The notes: a model not told the origin generated them from the sequence alone. Positions 1-9,073 are shown, counted from the first letter of the stretch. The stretch: DNA of 32,000 nt from an uncultured Erysipelotrichaceae bacterium (GCA_964457525.1 CAYWGS010000002.1:3514-35513), one strand, 5' to 3'. Made by a program: numbers and translations.

Positions 1-1138
1 ACCCATTCACAGTAATTGAACCACCTGTAATCATCTCACGTGCTTCACGTTTACTACTACAGATTTTACCTTCTACTAAGGCATCAATCAATAATACTTT
101 ACCTTCTAAGTTTAAACTAGGCGCATCACTAAGCGCAATACTTAATTCAGATTCACTCAATGAATCCCATGCGCCATTAAAGAAAACAGAGGTAATCTTT
201 TGAGCACTTTCTAATCCATCTTTACCATGAACAAGTTCAGTTAGTTCGGTTGCTAAAGCGGTTTGAGCTTCTCTTAAGTGTGCTTGTGTCTTAACTTTTT
301 CTTCTAGGGCTTCAATTTCAGGTTTAGTAAGGAAGGATAAACGTTTTAAGAAATCAATCACATCCGCATCGGATACATTCATCCAATATTGGTAGAAATG
401 GTATGGACTTGTTTTCTCCGCATCCAACCAAATATTCTTACCTTCTGACTTACCAAACTTCGTCCCATCACTGTTTGTGATTAATGGTGAAGTAACACCA
501 AATACTTTACTGTTTTCCACAGTCTTACGAATCAGTTCAGTTCCACTGGTTAAGTTACCCCATTGATCACTACCACCAATTTGTAATTCACAGTTATAGT
601 GTTTGTATAAGTGTAAGAAGTCTATAGCTTGTAGGATGGTGTATGTAAATTCTGTATAAGATATTCCAGAATCTAAACGACTCGAAATGGTTTCTTTATT
701 AATCATGTAATTCACATTAAAGAACTTACCATAATCACGTAAGAAAGAGAGTAAATCAATTTTACTTAACCAATCATAGTTATTAACTGAAATAAGTGCA
801 TTCGGACCTTCATTGGAAAGAAATTTATCCAATTGAACACGAATCTTCTTACCATTGTTTACGATTTCTTCTAAAGAAAGAAGTTTACGCTCAGTCGTTG
901 GTCTTGGATCCCCAATCATACCAGTTGCTCCACCGAGTAATGCGATAGGTGTATGTCCTTGTTTCTGGTAACGTTTCAAAAGGAGAAGTTGTTGTAAACC
1001 TCCAATATGAAGCGAATCTGCAGTTGGATCAAACCCGCAATACAATGTGAGTGGATTCTTGAGCCTTTCAATAAATCCTTCTTCATCTGTCACATCTTTA
1101 ATTAGTCCACGCCATTTTAATTCATCAAAAAATTCCAT
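1..1138 (-). CDS. tyrS: Tyrosine--tRNA ligase, N-terminal ~379 codons (3' end runs off the window start)
   Basis: Not in the ORF track because it is open at the window edge. Manual minus-strand translation from ATG 1138-1136 gives MEFFDELKWRGLIKDVTDEEG...LYCGFDPTADSLHIGGL (class I HIGH-type motif)...SDGTKFGKSEG (KMSKS-equivalent KFGKS). GGAGG RBS at 1143-1147. Preceded by a T-box with a Tyr specifier. Confidence 0.93.
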   Translation of the reverse strand, partial: MEFFDELKWRGLIKDVTDEEGFIERLKNPLTLYCGFDPTADSLHIGGLQQLLLLKRYQKQGHTPIALLGGATGMIGDPRPTTERKLLSLEEIVNNGKKIRVQLDKFLSNEGPNALISVNNYDWLSKIDLLSFLRDYGKFFNVNYMINKETISSRLDSGISYTEFTYTILQAIDFLHLYKHYNCELQIGGSDQWGNLTSGTELIRKTVENSKVFGVTSPLITNSDGTKFGKSEGKNIWLDAEKTSPYHFYQYWMNVSDADVIDFLKRLSFLTKPEIEALEEKVKTQAHLREAQTALATELTELVHGKDGLESAQKITSVFFNGAWDSLSESELSIALSDAPSLNLEGKVLLIDALVEGKICSSKREAREMITGGSITVNG

Positions 1139-1347
1139 AGTTCCTCCTTATAATAGAAAAGCACCCATCCAAGGGTGCTTTAGCACGGTACCACCTTAGT
1201 TGACTTTCGTCACTCAAACCCTTAACGCGGGAAACGGCTTTACTTTGCATAAAGCAGCTCATTGGTGTATTCAATTTCCGTTTGTGATAATTCTCAGCGC
1301 CATTATCTCTCTTAAACAAACTCGAATTTACTCTTCCAAATCGTCGC
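1139..1347 (-). promoter_or_regulatory. T-box leader (tyrosine specifier UAC) controlling tyrS
   Basis: Minus-strand read shows an AGAGA box, a distal-loop-like GGCGCUGAGAA and specifier context GAA-UAC-A (UAC = 1269-1267). It also shows F-box-like CGCGUUAAGG and the T-box sequence CUAAGGUGGUACCGUGC (~1183-1200). A terminator hairpin AAGCACCCUUGGAUGGGUGCUU plus U-run (1159-1181) sits just before the RBS. Confidence 0.88.
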
Positions 1348-1353
1348 AAAATC

Positions 1354-1381
1354 ATTATACACTACTTAAACAATAATACAA
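1354..1381 (-). promoter_or_regulatory. Putative sigma-A promoter for the tyrS T-box leader
   Basis: Minus strand: TTGTAT (1381-1376), 16 nt spacer, TATAAT (1359-1354). The -35 abuts the stop codon of the upstream LacI-family gene. Confidence 0.45.
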
Positions 1382-2371
1382 TTACTTCGTTGTTTGACGA
1401 GGTGTAAAGAGATAACTTAATTCAATTTCACGATCATCAAACTCATCTTGTTTTAACATCTTTGTCATAACACGCATCGATACCGCTCCTAAGTCATAGG
1501 AAGGAATGGTAAACGATGATAGTTGAGGACGAACCATTGAGTTATATTTAGAATCAATGATACAAACGATTTCTAGTTCATCTGGAACTTTAATGTTATT
1601 TTCAAACGCCGCATTGGAAACTGCTAACGCTTGAGAATCACGATACGCAATTACTAAATCATGACGACGTGTCTTAAAGTATTCTTTTAAATATTGGTAC
1701 GAACTACGATATTCCTGTGGAATCTCAATAAACTGTTCAAAAATCATACCTTTACGTTCGAATGCTAGAGTTGCGCCTTTAATCAATTGTTCGACCATGT
1801 ATTTATTCTTACGGTCTTGTACAATCGCAATATCGCTCTTGCCCATTTCAATGTACTTTGTCACAAGCTCATAAACCGCTTTTTCTAAATCAACATAAAC
1901 GGAACAAATGTTATTGGTTGACATCTTATTACCAATAAGAACAATTGGGAATTGATATTGAGTCAATGCTTTTAGTTCATCATAGATAAGTTTGTCATTA
2001 TAAATAACAACCCCATCCACTCTTGATTTAATAATGGTATCAATGATTTCACCAATTTCTACAATACCTTCAGATACCGTATGCAATACGATATTGTATT
2101 TATAGATCTTAGCCACATCCAATAAACCATTAATAATCTGCCCTGTATAGGAAAAACTTGCTTCTGGCACAACCAATGCAATGGTAGTTGTTTTCTGTAA
2201 TGCTAAGCCTTGTGCAATCGCATTGGGTTTATATCCCAATTTCTCAATTGCTTCATTTACACGTAATCGAGTATCTTCTCGAACAATTTCTAAGCCATTA
2301 ATAACTCTGGAGACCGTCGCAAGAGAAACTCTTGCCTCTTTCGCAACATCATAGATCGTAACACGTTTCAT
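1382..2371 (-). CDS. ccpA: LacI-family transcriptional regulator, probable catabolite control protein A (CcpA) orthologue
   Basis: N-terminal HTH VTIYDVAKEARVSLATVSRVING and KLGYKPNAIAQGLA. The C-terminal region MVRPQLSSFTIPSYDLGAVSMRVMTKML closely parallels B. subtilis CcpA as I recall it (MVRPQLSTV...YDIGAVAMRLLTKLM). Its position between the ytxGH-like genes and tyrS matches the Bacillus ccpA neighbourhood. The start overlaps the upstream stop (ATGA). Confidence 0.62.
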   Translation of the reverse strand: MKRVTIYDVAKEARVSLATVSRVINGLEIVREDTRLRVNEAIEKLGYKPNAIAQGLALQKTTTIALVVPEASFSYTGQIINGLLDVAKIYKYNIVLHTVSEGIVEIGEIIDTIIKSRVDGVVIYNDKLIYDELKALTQYQFPIVLIGNKMSTNNICSVYVDLEKAVYELVTKYIEMGKSDIAIVQDRKNKYMVEQLIKGATLAFERKGMIFEQFIEIPQEYRSSYQYLKEYFKTRRHDLVIAYRDSQALAVSNAAFENNIKVPDELEIVCIIDSKYNSMVRPQLSSFTIPSYDLGAVSMRVMTKMLKQDEFDDREIELSYLFTPRQTTK

Positions 2372-2805
2372 TCTTCTTCATCCTTCTCGTCTGGTTTTAA
2401 CCACTCTCGTAATTTAGATACACCTTTTTCAGCGATATCTAATGTTTTCTCTTTCACTTCTTCAATCTTTTCTTGAACTTCCGGTTTTTCGAAGAATTCA
2501 ACTGTCTTATCTGAAACGGTCTTAGCGCCTTCTTTAACAGTCTCTACAACCTTTTGAACATTTTCATTTTCTTTAATGTCGTCGATTATTTTTCTACTTG
2601 ATTCAACCACATCATCTGCTTTTTCTTTGATTTTTGCCTTTAATTCTTCATCATTCTTAATTTCTTCAAACTTCGTCACAACTTTGTCGACCGCATCTAA
2701 AGTAACGTCCTTGGCTTTCTCAAAGTTCTCTTTTAACTTGATATCTTCTGCTATATCTTTACCTGATTCAACCACTTTTTCGAGTGTTTTCTTAATATCT
2801 TCCAT
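2368..2805 (-). CDS. Highly charged Glu/Lys-rich helical protein (YtxH/LEA-like general-stress-type protein, no TM segment)
   Basis: 145 aa, about half Glu, Lys or Asp, no hydrophobic segment, acidic tail PDEKDEEE. RBS AAAGGTA upstream of ATG 2805. Sits where ytxH lies downstream of murC-ytxG in Bacillus. The family assignment is tentative. Confidence 0.5.
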   Translation of the reverse strand: MEDIKKTLEKVVESGKDIAEDIKLKENFEKAKDVTLDAVDKVVTKFEEIKNDEELKAKIKEKADDVVESSRKIIDDIKENENVQKVVETVKEGAKTVSDKTVEFFEKPEVQEKIEEVKEKTLDIAEKGVSKLREWLKPDEKDEEE

Positions 2806-2817
2806 ATCCGTACCTTT

Positions 2818-3201
2818 CTAAGCGTTGCGCTCTTCTTCTGGTTCTTCAACCACAGTCGTTTCACTCTTCTTATCAAACAAATTCAATACCCAAGCTTTAA
2901 TGGTTTCAAAATGTTCAACTAAGAATAATGCGACGGTTGTGACAGAATGTTTCGTAAAATTCTGAACGGTAATGATGCCGTTCGCAAGACTGGTTAATAC
3001 ACCAAGGGACACTTGTAAATCAGTTAGTTCCTTATCCACAATATCCATCGTTTTATTGACGCGATCCAGAAGCACATCTACTTTCTTCATCATTAGATAT
3101 AAGCGATATAAAAGAAACAATAAAAATATCAGTACAAGCGCACCTAAAGTAGGTAAGACTAATACTGATAGATCTTTTAATGCCAATAGAAATGCGTCCA
3201 T
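2818..3201 (-). CDS. DUF948/YtxG-like membrane-anchored coiled-coil protein
   Basis: The track ORF extends to 3249, but ATG 3201 has a good RBS (AGAGGTGA, 3206-3213). The product starts MDAFLLALKDLSVLVLPTLGALVLIFLLFLLY (single N-terminal TM) followed by a helical region. Immediately downstream of murC, as ytxG is in Bacillus. Confidence 0.6.
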   Translation of the reverse strand: MDAFLLALKDLSVLVLPTLGALVLIFLLFLLYRLYLMMKKVDVLLDRVNKTMDIVDKELTDLQVSLGVLTSLANGIITVQNFTKHSVTTVALFLVEHFETIKAWVLNLFDKKSETTVVEEPEEERNA

Positions 3202-3245
3202 AGTTTCACCTCTTAACAATATTATAGTTAAGAATGAAAATATTT

Positions 3246-4550
3246 TCAATGTTTTTGATAGGCTTTCAATAAATTAGCCAGTCCATAAATATCTTTAGAA
3301 CTCATAAAGAGATAAACCGCAGGAGCTAAGTCATTTAAGATACGTGCCCCTTGGTCATTTTCTTCGATAACAATCGCTTTTTGTGAACGTTCTTTTAGAT
3401 AGTCAATCGTAATATCATACCCTGCTTCTTGATCATCAATCGCACTAAATCCACAGAGATAAACATCATCCGCTTTATCGAGTGCTTTCGCAAACGCATC
3501 CGCGAAATGATATAGACGTGAAACACGATGTGGTTTAAAGATTGCGACTAAACGATGATTGGGATAACGTAAACGAGCCGCATCAATCGTAACACTCACT
3601 TCAGTTGGATGATGAGCATAATCATCGATATATACATTCGGTCCATTCACTTCTACTTTGAAACGACGCGAAGCATTCTCAAATTGTCCTAAACCCTCTT
3701 CAATAAGCGCTAGAGGCATTTTTTCTAATAAACCAATTCCAATACACCCTAACGCATTCCATAAGAGATGACGCCCAGAAAAAGGAATGCGGACAGTTCC
3801 TAAATATTCATTTAAGAAGGTTAACTCAAATATAGTCTCATGTTCATTTTCACTTAAGACATTTGCGTATAAATCATTGTTCCTCTCTAAACCATAGGTA
3901 TAAACTTTAGCCTTTAAATCTAATTTACGAACTTCAGGATCATCTCCATACACAAAGATAGCCTTAGAAACATTCTGTGCAAACTGTTCATATGCAGACG
4001 CATAATCTCTTTCATCTTTGTAATAATCCACATGATCATAATCGACATTCGTAATGACTGCATATTCTGGAAAATACGATAAAAAGAATCGACGATATTC
4101 ATCGGCTTCAATAACACAGTAATGTGAATCCTGGTCTAAATGACCATGTCCATCCCCAATTAAATACGCCGTTGGTTGATAAACACTCAATAAACTCGTC
4201 ATCATCTTAGTTGTAGTCGTTTTACCATGTGATCCTGTAATCGCAACACCATGATAGTTCTTCAGTAATTTACCTAAGTACTCATGATAACGATAAACAG
4301 TATAAGTTGAATTACTACGAATAATCTTCACATCTTCATGATCTTCTTTAAATGCATTCCCGATAATGACCGTAGACCCATCTTTAGGGAACGTTCCAAA
4401 AGGATGACATTTTATTCCATATTGATTCAACTTCTCTTCTGTAAAAAAATGTTTCTCTAAATCAGAGCCTTCTACTTCTTCCCCAATTTCATGTAACATA
4501 CACGCTAAAGCCGCCATCCCAGCGCCTTTAATTCCTAGAAAAAATATCAT
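3246..4550 (-). CDS. murC: UDP-N-acetylmuramate--L-alanine ligase
   Basis: 434 aa. N-terminal FLGIKGAGMAALA nucleotide-binding fold, Mur ligase P-loop ITGSHGKTTTT, DDYAHHPTE motif typical of MurC. Confidence 0.95.
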   Translation of the reverse strand: MIFFLGIKGAGMAALACMLHEIGEEVEGSDLEKHFFTEEKLNQYGIKCHPFGTFPKDGSTVIIGNAFKEDHEDVKIIRSNSTYTVYRYHEYLGKLLKNYHGVAITGSHGKTTTTKMMTSLLSVYQPTAYLIGDGHGHLDQDSHYCVIEADEYRRFFLSYFPEYAVITNVDYDHVDYYKDERDYASAYEQFAQNVSKAIFVYGDDPEVRKLDLKAKVYTYGLERNNDLYANVLSENEHETIFELTFLNEYLGTVRIPFSGRHLLWNALGCIGIGLLEKMPLALIEEGLGQFENASRRFKVEVNGPNVYIDDYAHHPTEVSVTIDAARLRYPNHRLVAIFKPHRVSRLYHFADAFAKALDKADDVYLCGFSAIDDQEAGYDITIDYLKERSQKAIVIEENDQGARILNDLAPAVYLFMSSKDIYGLANLLKAYQKH

Positions 4551-4559
4551 GCGGTCTCC

Positions 4560-5234
4560 TTATTTCAAATCATCAAACAATGAAATTTGATGCGCTAATT
4601 CATCATCATCTTCGTGATATGTTTCCTGAACAATGGGTTCATCAAGCGGTTTAATCGGACTGAGTAAATCATCTAAACTATAGTTCTCAGCTTTATAACG
4701 TGGTAATTCAGGTACATCTTCTTCAATTAATGGGTCTGGTTTAAATACTGGTTGTGCAGCCTTAATTGGAGTAAGCTCTTTCTTATTCTCTAAGTCCCCA
4801 TAAAAAGGACTAATCACAGTATTAATACGACTCTTTTTAAGCGATTGAGGTGGATTATTCGCTGGTCTTACTGCTTGTGCCTTCTTAGACTCAGAAACTC
4901 CAAACATTGGACTAATCACCGGTTTAAACTCATAAATTGGTTTTTCTTTAACAACCTTCGGTTTTTCACGAACTGGAGTTGGTTCATCAAACGCAATCCC
5001 AAACTCTGGTTTACTTGGACGAATAATCTCTTCGACTGGCTTAACTTCAATTGGATCTTCATCTAAGAAAACAGGTTCTTCTATGATCTTTTCTACTGGT
5101 TTTTCAACCGGTTTAGGATTCATAGTCGAGATTAAAGACTTATCCTTTTTTACAGGTTCTTCTTTAACGTTTAACTCTTCTTCAACAATCTCTTCTTCCT
5201 CTTCAAACAACAAGGACGCAAGTTTCTTTAACAT
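4560..5234 (-). CDS. Hypothetical low-complexity Pro/Glu/Lys-rich protein
   Basis: 224 aa. N-terminus MLKKLASLLFEEEEEIVEEE (short amphipathic segment then an acidic run). KPVEKPVEK repeat. Two copies of a VISP(M/F)(F/Y)G motif. C-terminus DDDELAHQISLFDDLK. RBS GGGGAG upstream. The stop is 9 nt before the murC ATG. Confidence 0.6.
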   Translation of the reverse strand: MLKKLASLLFEEEEEIVEEELNVKEEPVKKDKSLISTMNPKPVEKPVEKIIEEPVFLDEDPIEVKPVEEIIRPSKPEFGIAFDEPTPVREKPKVVKEKPIYEFKPVISPMFGVSESKKAQAVRPANNPPQSLKKSRINTVISPFYGDLENKKELTPIKAAQPVFKPDPLIEEDVPELPRYKAENYSLDDLLSPIKPLDEPIVQETYHEDDDELAHQISLFDDLK

Positions 5235-5246
5235 GAGTTTCTCCCC

Positions 5247-5987
5247 TTACTCTTCTATGATTCCTTCTTCGAAAGAATCCAGTGGTGCATTTTCATCAAA
5301 TCCTTCATAGTATTCTTCTTCAAATATAATATCATCTTCACCCTTAATCATATCTAAGACTGTTCCAGATTCTGGTCCAGCCTGGGTAAACATATTTAAA
5401 CTTTGAGCTTTAAAATCTAAAACTTCACGCGTTGAATAGGTCGATAATATCAAATCACGATTGATCTTTGTACTCCGTGCAATTCTGAACATATCGTAAA
5501 GAATATCTGGAGAGATCGCGATTGGATGAATTGACATAAATACGAAATTCTCTGTTTGTAAGTTGAGGAGAACCGTCGAATCTGATAGTTTCATCGCACT
5601 TACCAAATACGCTGATAATGCTTTATTCTCATCTTCATAGAATCCAGATGTGGTATAGAATGCATTTTCTACCTTCAATAATTTTCTAAGTGTTCCATTA
5701 TTATCTTTGTAATACGATTCATTTAGAATATTTATCACATCTAGAATCATTAATATGGTTTCATTATGACTTTGTAAAGTAACAGAGTTTAAACTTGAGC
5801 TCTTTCTTCCAATGGAAGGTGGAAGATAGTAACTAAAGAGATCTCGATTCATCGTTGAGAACTCACTCATCGATTGATTCAAAGCATTCTCAATCGCTTT
5901 ATCGTATGAGGTATTATCAAAATAAGCATTCACTGAACACCCAGATAACACCATACATATACTCAAAATCACGAATAATTTACGCAT
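5247..5987 (-). CDS. Hypothetical lipoprotein with acidic C-terminal tail
   Basis: Signal peptide plus lipobox MRKLFVILSICMVLSG|CSV. 246 aa. C-terminal EDDIIFEEEYYEGFDENAPLDSFEEGIIEE. The start ATG directly abuts the TAG stop of the upstream M42 peptidase gene. Confidence 0.65.
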   Translation of the reverse strand: MRKLFVILSICMVLSGCSVNAYFDNTSYDKAIENALNQSMSEFSTMNRDLFSYYLPPSIGRKSSSLNSVTLQSHNETILMILDVINILNESYYKDNNGTLRKLLKVENAFYTTSGFYEDENKALSAYLVSAMKLSDSTVLLNLQTENFVFMSIHPIAISPDILYDMFRIARSTKINRDLILSTYSTREVLDFKAQSLNMFTQAGPESGTVLDMIKGEDDIIFEEEYYEGFDENAPLDSFEEGIIEE

Positions 5988-7073
5988 CTATTGATTGGCC
6001 TTCTTTAACACTTCTATTGTATCACTATTTAAAGTTTCTAAAACTTTCAATACGGCTGTTTTGGCATTCAAATAATCATCCGTATCGATGATTGTACTAT
6101 TGGTATGAAGGTTACGTGCACATAAACACATGGTTAACGTCATAATCCCTTCATATTGACGATGTACTGCTCCTGCATCCGTTCCACCAAGTGATTGGTA
6201 GTATTGATACGGTAATTTATTGGATTCTAAGATATCCACATAATGATTGATAAATCCACGGTGTGGTAAGAAGTTCGCATCAATGAAACGAACCAAAGGA
6301 CCAGCCCCTAATTGACCAAAGGATTCTTTATCGCCACTCGCATCATTCGCAGGTGAACAGTCAAAGATAATCGCCGCATCGGGTTTAATCTTATATGCGA
6401 TGGTTTGAGCACCACGCGTTCCAACTTCTTCTTGTACACTTGCGCCAACTGCTAAATGCACATCCAGATCCACATCCTTAAGTGCTTCTAATATTTCTAA
6501 GCCCATTGCACACCCATAACGATTGTCAAAGGCTTTTCCTAATAGTCTTTTACCGTTGTTTAGTGATTCAAATTGTCCATCTAAAATAGCCGCATCCCCT
6601 GTTTGAATTCCAGCTTTTAACACTTCTTCTTTAGATGTAAATCCTAAGTCGACTAACATATTCTTGATTTCCATCGGTTTAGCACGATCCGCATCCGTTA
6701 ATAGATGTGGAGGAATACTACCAATCGTACCTTTGAATTTAACCCCTGCACGATTCTTCACAATCACACGTTGTCCAAGCAGTGTTTGAGACCACCATCC
6801 ACCAATTGGAGCTAATCCGATGCTACCTTTATCATTGATGGATTTAACCACAAACCCAACTTCATCCATATGCCCCAGTAACATCACTGTTTTCGCATTT
6901 GGATTCTTAGAACGTTTAATTGCCATTACAGAACCCAAATTATCAAATACGATCTCATTGGTATACTCACTGTATCTAGATTTTAGGTAATCTCTTACTT
7001 CTTTCTCATCACCACTAATAGCCATGAGTTCTGTTAATTCTTTTAAGGTTTGAACACTCTTCTCACTTAACAT
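5988..7073 (-). CDS. M42-family metallo-aminopeptidase (YtoP/PepA/glutamyl aminopeptidase-like)
   Basis: Motifs LLGHMDEVGF, AFDNRYGC, SVQEEVGTRGA and GGTDAG are typical of M42 peptidases. Start moved to ATG 7073 (MLSEKS...), which has a GGAGG RBS at 7081-7085. The track start at 7094 has no RBS. Confidence 0.85.
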   Translation of the reverse strand: MLSEKSVQTLKELTELMAISGDEKEVRDYLKSRYSEYTNEIVFDNLGSVMAIKRSKNPNAKTVMLLGHMDEVGFVVKSINDKGSIGLAPIGGWWSQTLLGQRVIVKNRAGVKFKGTIGSIPPHLLTDADRAKPMEIKNMLVDLGFTSKEEVLKAGIQTGDAAILDGQFESLNNGKRLLGKAFDNRYGCAMGLEILEALKDVDLDVHLAVGASVQEEVGTRGAQTIAYKIKPDAAIIFDCSPANDASGDKESFGQLGAGPLVRFIDANFLPHRGFINHYVDILESNKLPYQYYQSLGGTDAGAVHRQYEGIMTLTMCLCARNLHTNSTIIDTDDYLNAKTAVLKVLETLNSDTIEVLKKANQ

Positions 7074-7695
7074 CTTGTTTCCTCCATACCGCACGATAGA
7101 TGACTTGATTTAAGTCCATAAAGTGCTGTTCATATTCTGTAATCGCATCGTCCAAATGCGCATTGCGTCTAAAGTCCACACTAAATTCAACGAGTTTCAA
7201 TGGATAATCTTCCCAAACTAACATCGTGTATTCAAATAGATCTTTGTTATCGGTTTTGAACTTAAATTCTGCTTCTTTAGCCGTAATCTTTAACATTCTT
7301 TCGATAAACAAATTCGACGTTAAACGACGTTTATGATAACGCTTCTTTGGCCATGGATCTGAGAAATTAAGATGAACAGTATCAATCTCTTCAATCTCAA
7401 ACCAATTTTCTAGATTCTCCGCATCTCCTACAATCCAGACACCATTAACCGGTGAATCCTTCTTTAAGGCAATTGCAGAGACATTCTTATCTCTTTCCAA
7501 TGCAATCCAAAGGGTATCGGGTTGAAGTTCAGCCATTTTGCGCCAATAATCTCCCTTACCACTTCCGATTTCTAATACGATTTTCTTGTACTTAAATTCT
7601 TCTTTCCATTTTCCCTTTAACAAACTCGGATCCTGAACAACTTTTGGATGAGCTAATAGAAAATCCATTGCCCATGGTTTATTCCGCATTCTCAT
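7063..7695 (-). CDS. trmB: tRNA (guanine46-N7)-methyltransferase
   Basis: MRMRNKPWA start, SAM motif LEIGSGKGDY, signature NFSDPWPKKRYHKRR. 210 aa. Confidence 0.92.
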   Translation of the reverse strand: MRMRNKPWAMDFLLAHPKVVQDPSLLKGKWKEEFKYKKIVLEIGSGKGDYWRKMAELQPDTLWIALERDKNVSAIALKKDSPVNGVWIVGDAENLENWFEIEEIDTVHLNFSDPWPKKRYHKRRLTSNLFIERMLKITAKEAEFKFKTDNKDLFEYTMLVWEDYPLKLVEFSVDFRRNAHLDDAITEYEQHFMDLNQVIYRAVWRKQDVK

Positions 7696-7696
7696 A

Positions 7697-9073
7697 TTAT
7701 TTCGTCAAATCGTAAATCGCTTGTGCGTAAATAGCAGTTGCCAAATAGAATTGTTCTAACTCATATCCTTCATCCGCTTGGTGAACTTGACCGACCCATT
7801 CAGGACGATGACGTGTTGGGAATTCTGCCCCAAATGCCACAAAGTTCTTGAATGAACGTGCATAAGTACCACCACCCATCGTTAATAATGGTGTTGTCAT
7901 ATCTTTGGAATAGTCACGATAAATGGTTTCTAAAGTAGAAACTAATGTACTCTTAGGATTTACAAACAAAGGTTCTTTTGCTTGTATTAAGGATACTTTT
8001 AATTCTGATTTATGTGATTCAAACGTATTACGAATCGTTTCGAAAACAAATTGATCATTTGTTTCATTTGGATAACGAATATCTAAGATAATATGTGCAT
8101 GATTGTGTTCAACTTCCACAACCCCAATATTCATCGTTAAATAACCCATATGAGATCCGAAGACTTTAACCCCTAAAGGCTCAGCTCTCCAATCACGTAA
8201 TAACATTGCAGTTTTCGCTGCGAATTCATCTTGATAAGCCGATCCAACAAAGTTCAAACAATGCCATGCCGCATTAATTCCATCATCCGGTTTTGCCCCA
8301 TGACTGAATTTTCCATAAATCTTATACGTTACTTCACCGTTTAATTCAGTGATCTCACCCTTTAAATGATGTGTATTTAAATAGAAGTTAAATAAATCTT
8401 TTTGAGCATAACCGAGTAATGTTACAGCTGCTTCACCAATACAAATATTCGGTCTTTCACCTGCTTTTAAACGTACAATCTTTGTTTGTACATCGCCATC
8501 TAAACTTAAATTCATAATCCCTTTTTCACCATAAACAACTGGGAAATCCGCATCCGGTACAAACCCAAAATCAGGAATTTCACCGTGTTCATTGTAGTAC
8601 TTCATACAAGACATACCGGTTTCTTCATCACATCCAACGATTAAAAAAACACGTTTCTTTGGTTTAAATCCCATTTCTTTAAGAATCTTCATCGCATAAT
8701 ATCCCGCAATGGTAGGACCCTTATCATCCTGAGTTCCTCGACCAATCATATAGCCATCTTTGATTTCTCCACCAAATGGATCAAAGGTCCAACCTGTACC
8801 GATTGGAACGATGTCTAAGTGTCCTAGAACACCCATAATTTCATCGCCTTCGCCAAATTCCACAACCCCTGCATATCCTTCTAAATCACGTGTTTTAAAT
8901 CCATCTTTAGTAGCCATTTCTAAAACATAATCTAATGCATTACGTAATTCTTTTCCGAAAGGTGCATTTTCAGCTTTTGTATTTAAATCGCGTAAGGAAG
9001 GAATACGAATTAATCCTTGTAAATCCTTCACCATTTCTTCTTTTCTTTTTAGTGTTTCTTGATAAAAGTCCAT
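7697..9073 (-). CDS. pepV: M20-family dipeptidase (PepV/Sapep-like)
   Basis: 458 aa. Motifs GHLDIVP, GRGTQDDKGP and VGCDEETG are typical of PepV-type dipeptidases. RBS AAGAGG upstream of ATG 9073. Confidence 0.85.
   Translation of the reverse strand: MDFYQETLKRKEEMVKDLQGLIRIPSLRDLNTKAENAPFGKELRNALDYVLEMATKDGFKTRDLEGYAGVVEFGEGDEIMGVLGHLDIVPIGTGWTFDPFGGEIKDGYMIGRGTQDDKGPTIAGYYAMKILKEMGFKPKKRVFLIVGCDEETGMSCMKYYNEHGEIPDFGFVPDADFPVVYGEKGIMNLSLDGDVQTKIVRLKAGERPNICIGEAAVTLLGYAQKDLFNFYLNTHHLKGEITELNGEVTYKIYGKFSHGAKPDDGINAAWHCLNFVGSAYQDEFAAKTAMLLRDWRAEPLGVKVFGSHMGYLTMNIGVVEVEHNHAHIILDIRYPNETNDQFVFETIRNTFESHKSELKVSLIQAKEPLFVNPKSTLVSTLETIYRDYSKDMTTPLLTMGGGTYARSFKNFVAFGAEFPTRHRPEWVGQVHQADEGYELEQFYLATAIYAQAIYDLTK

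Noticed and set aside
1125-1355. 76-aa minus-strand ORF in the track between tyrS and the LacI-family gene
   Set aside because: It lies entirely within the tyrS T-box leader (T-box sequence, terminator hairpin) and has no RBS. It is an artefact of an untranslated structured RNA.
3032-3040. Perfect DnaA-box TTATCCACA (near-matches at about 15027 and 19312)
   Set aside because: These are isolated single boxes inside coding sequence with no cluster or AT-rich unwinding element, consistent with chance occurrence.
2576-3277. Plus-strand ORFs 2576-2821 and 2972-3277 (Ser-rich or low-complexity)
   Set aside because: They are antisense to well-supported minus-strand genes. The Ser/Phe-rich composition is the expected mirror of Glu/Lys-rich codons. 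No RBS is present.
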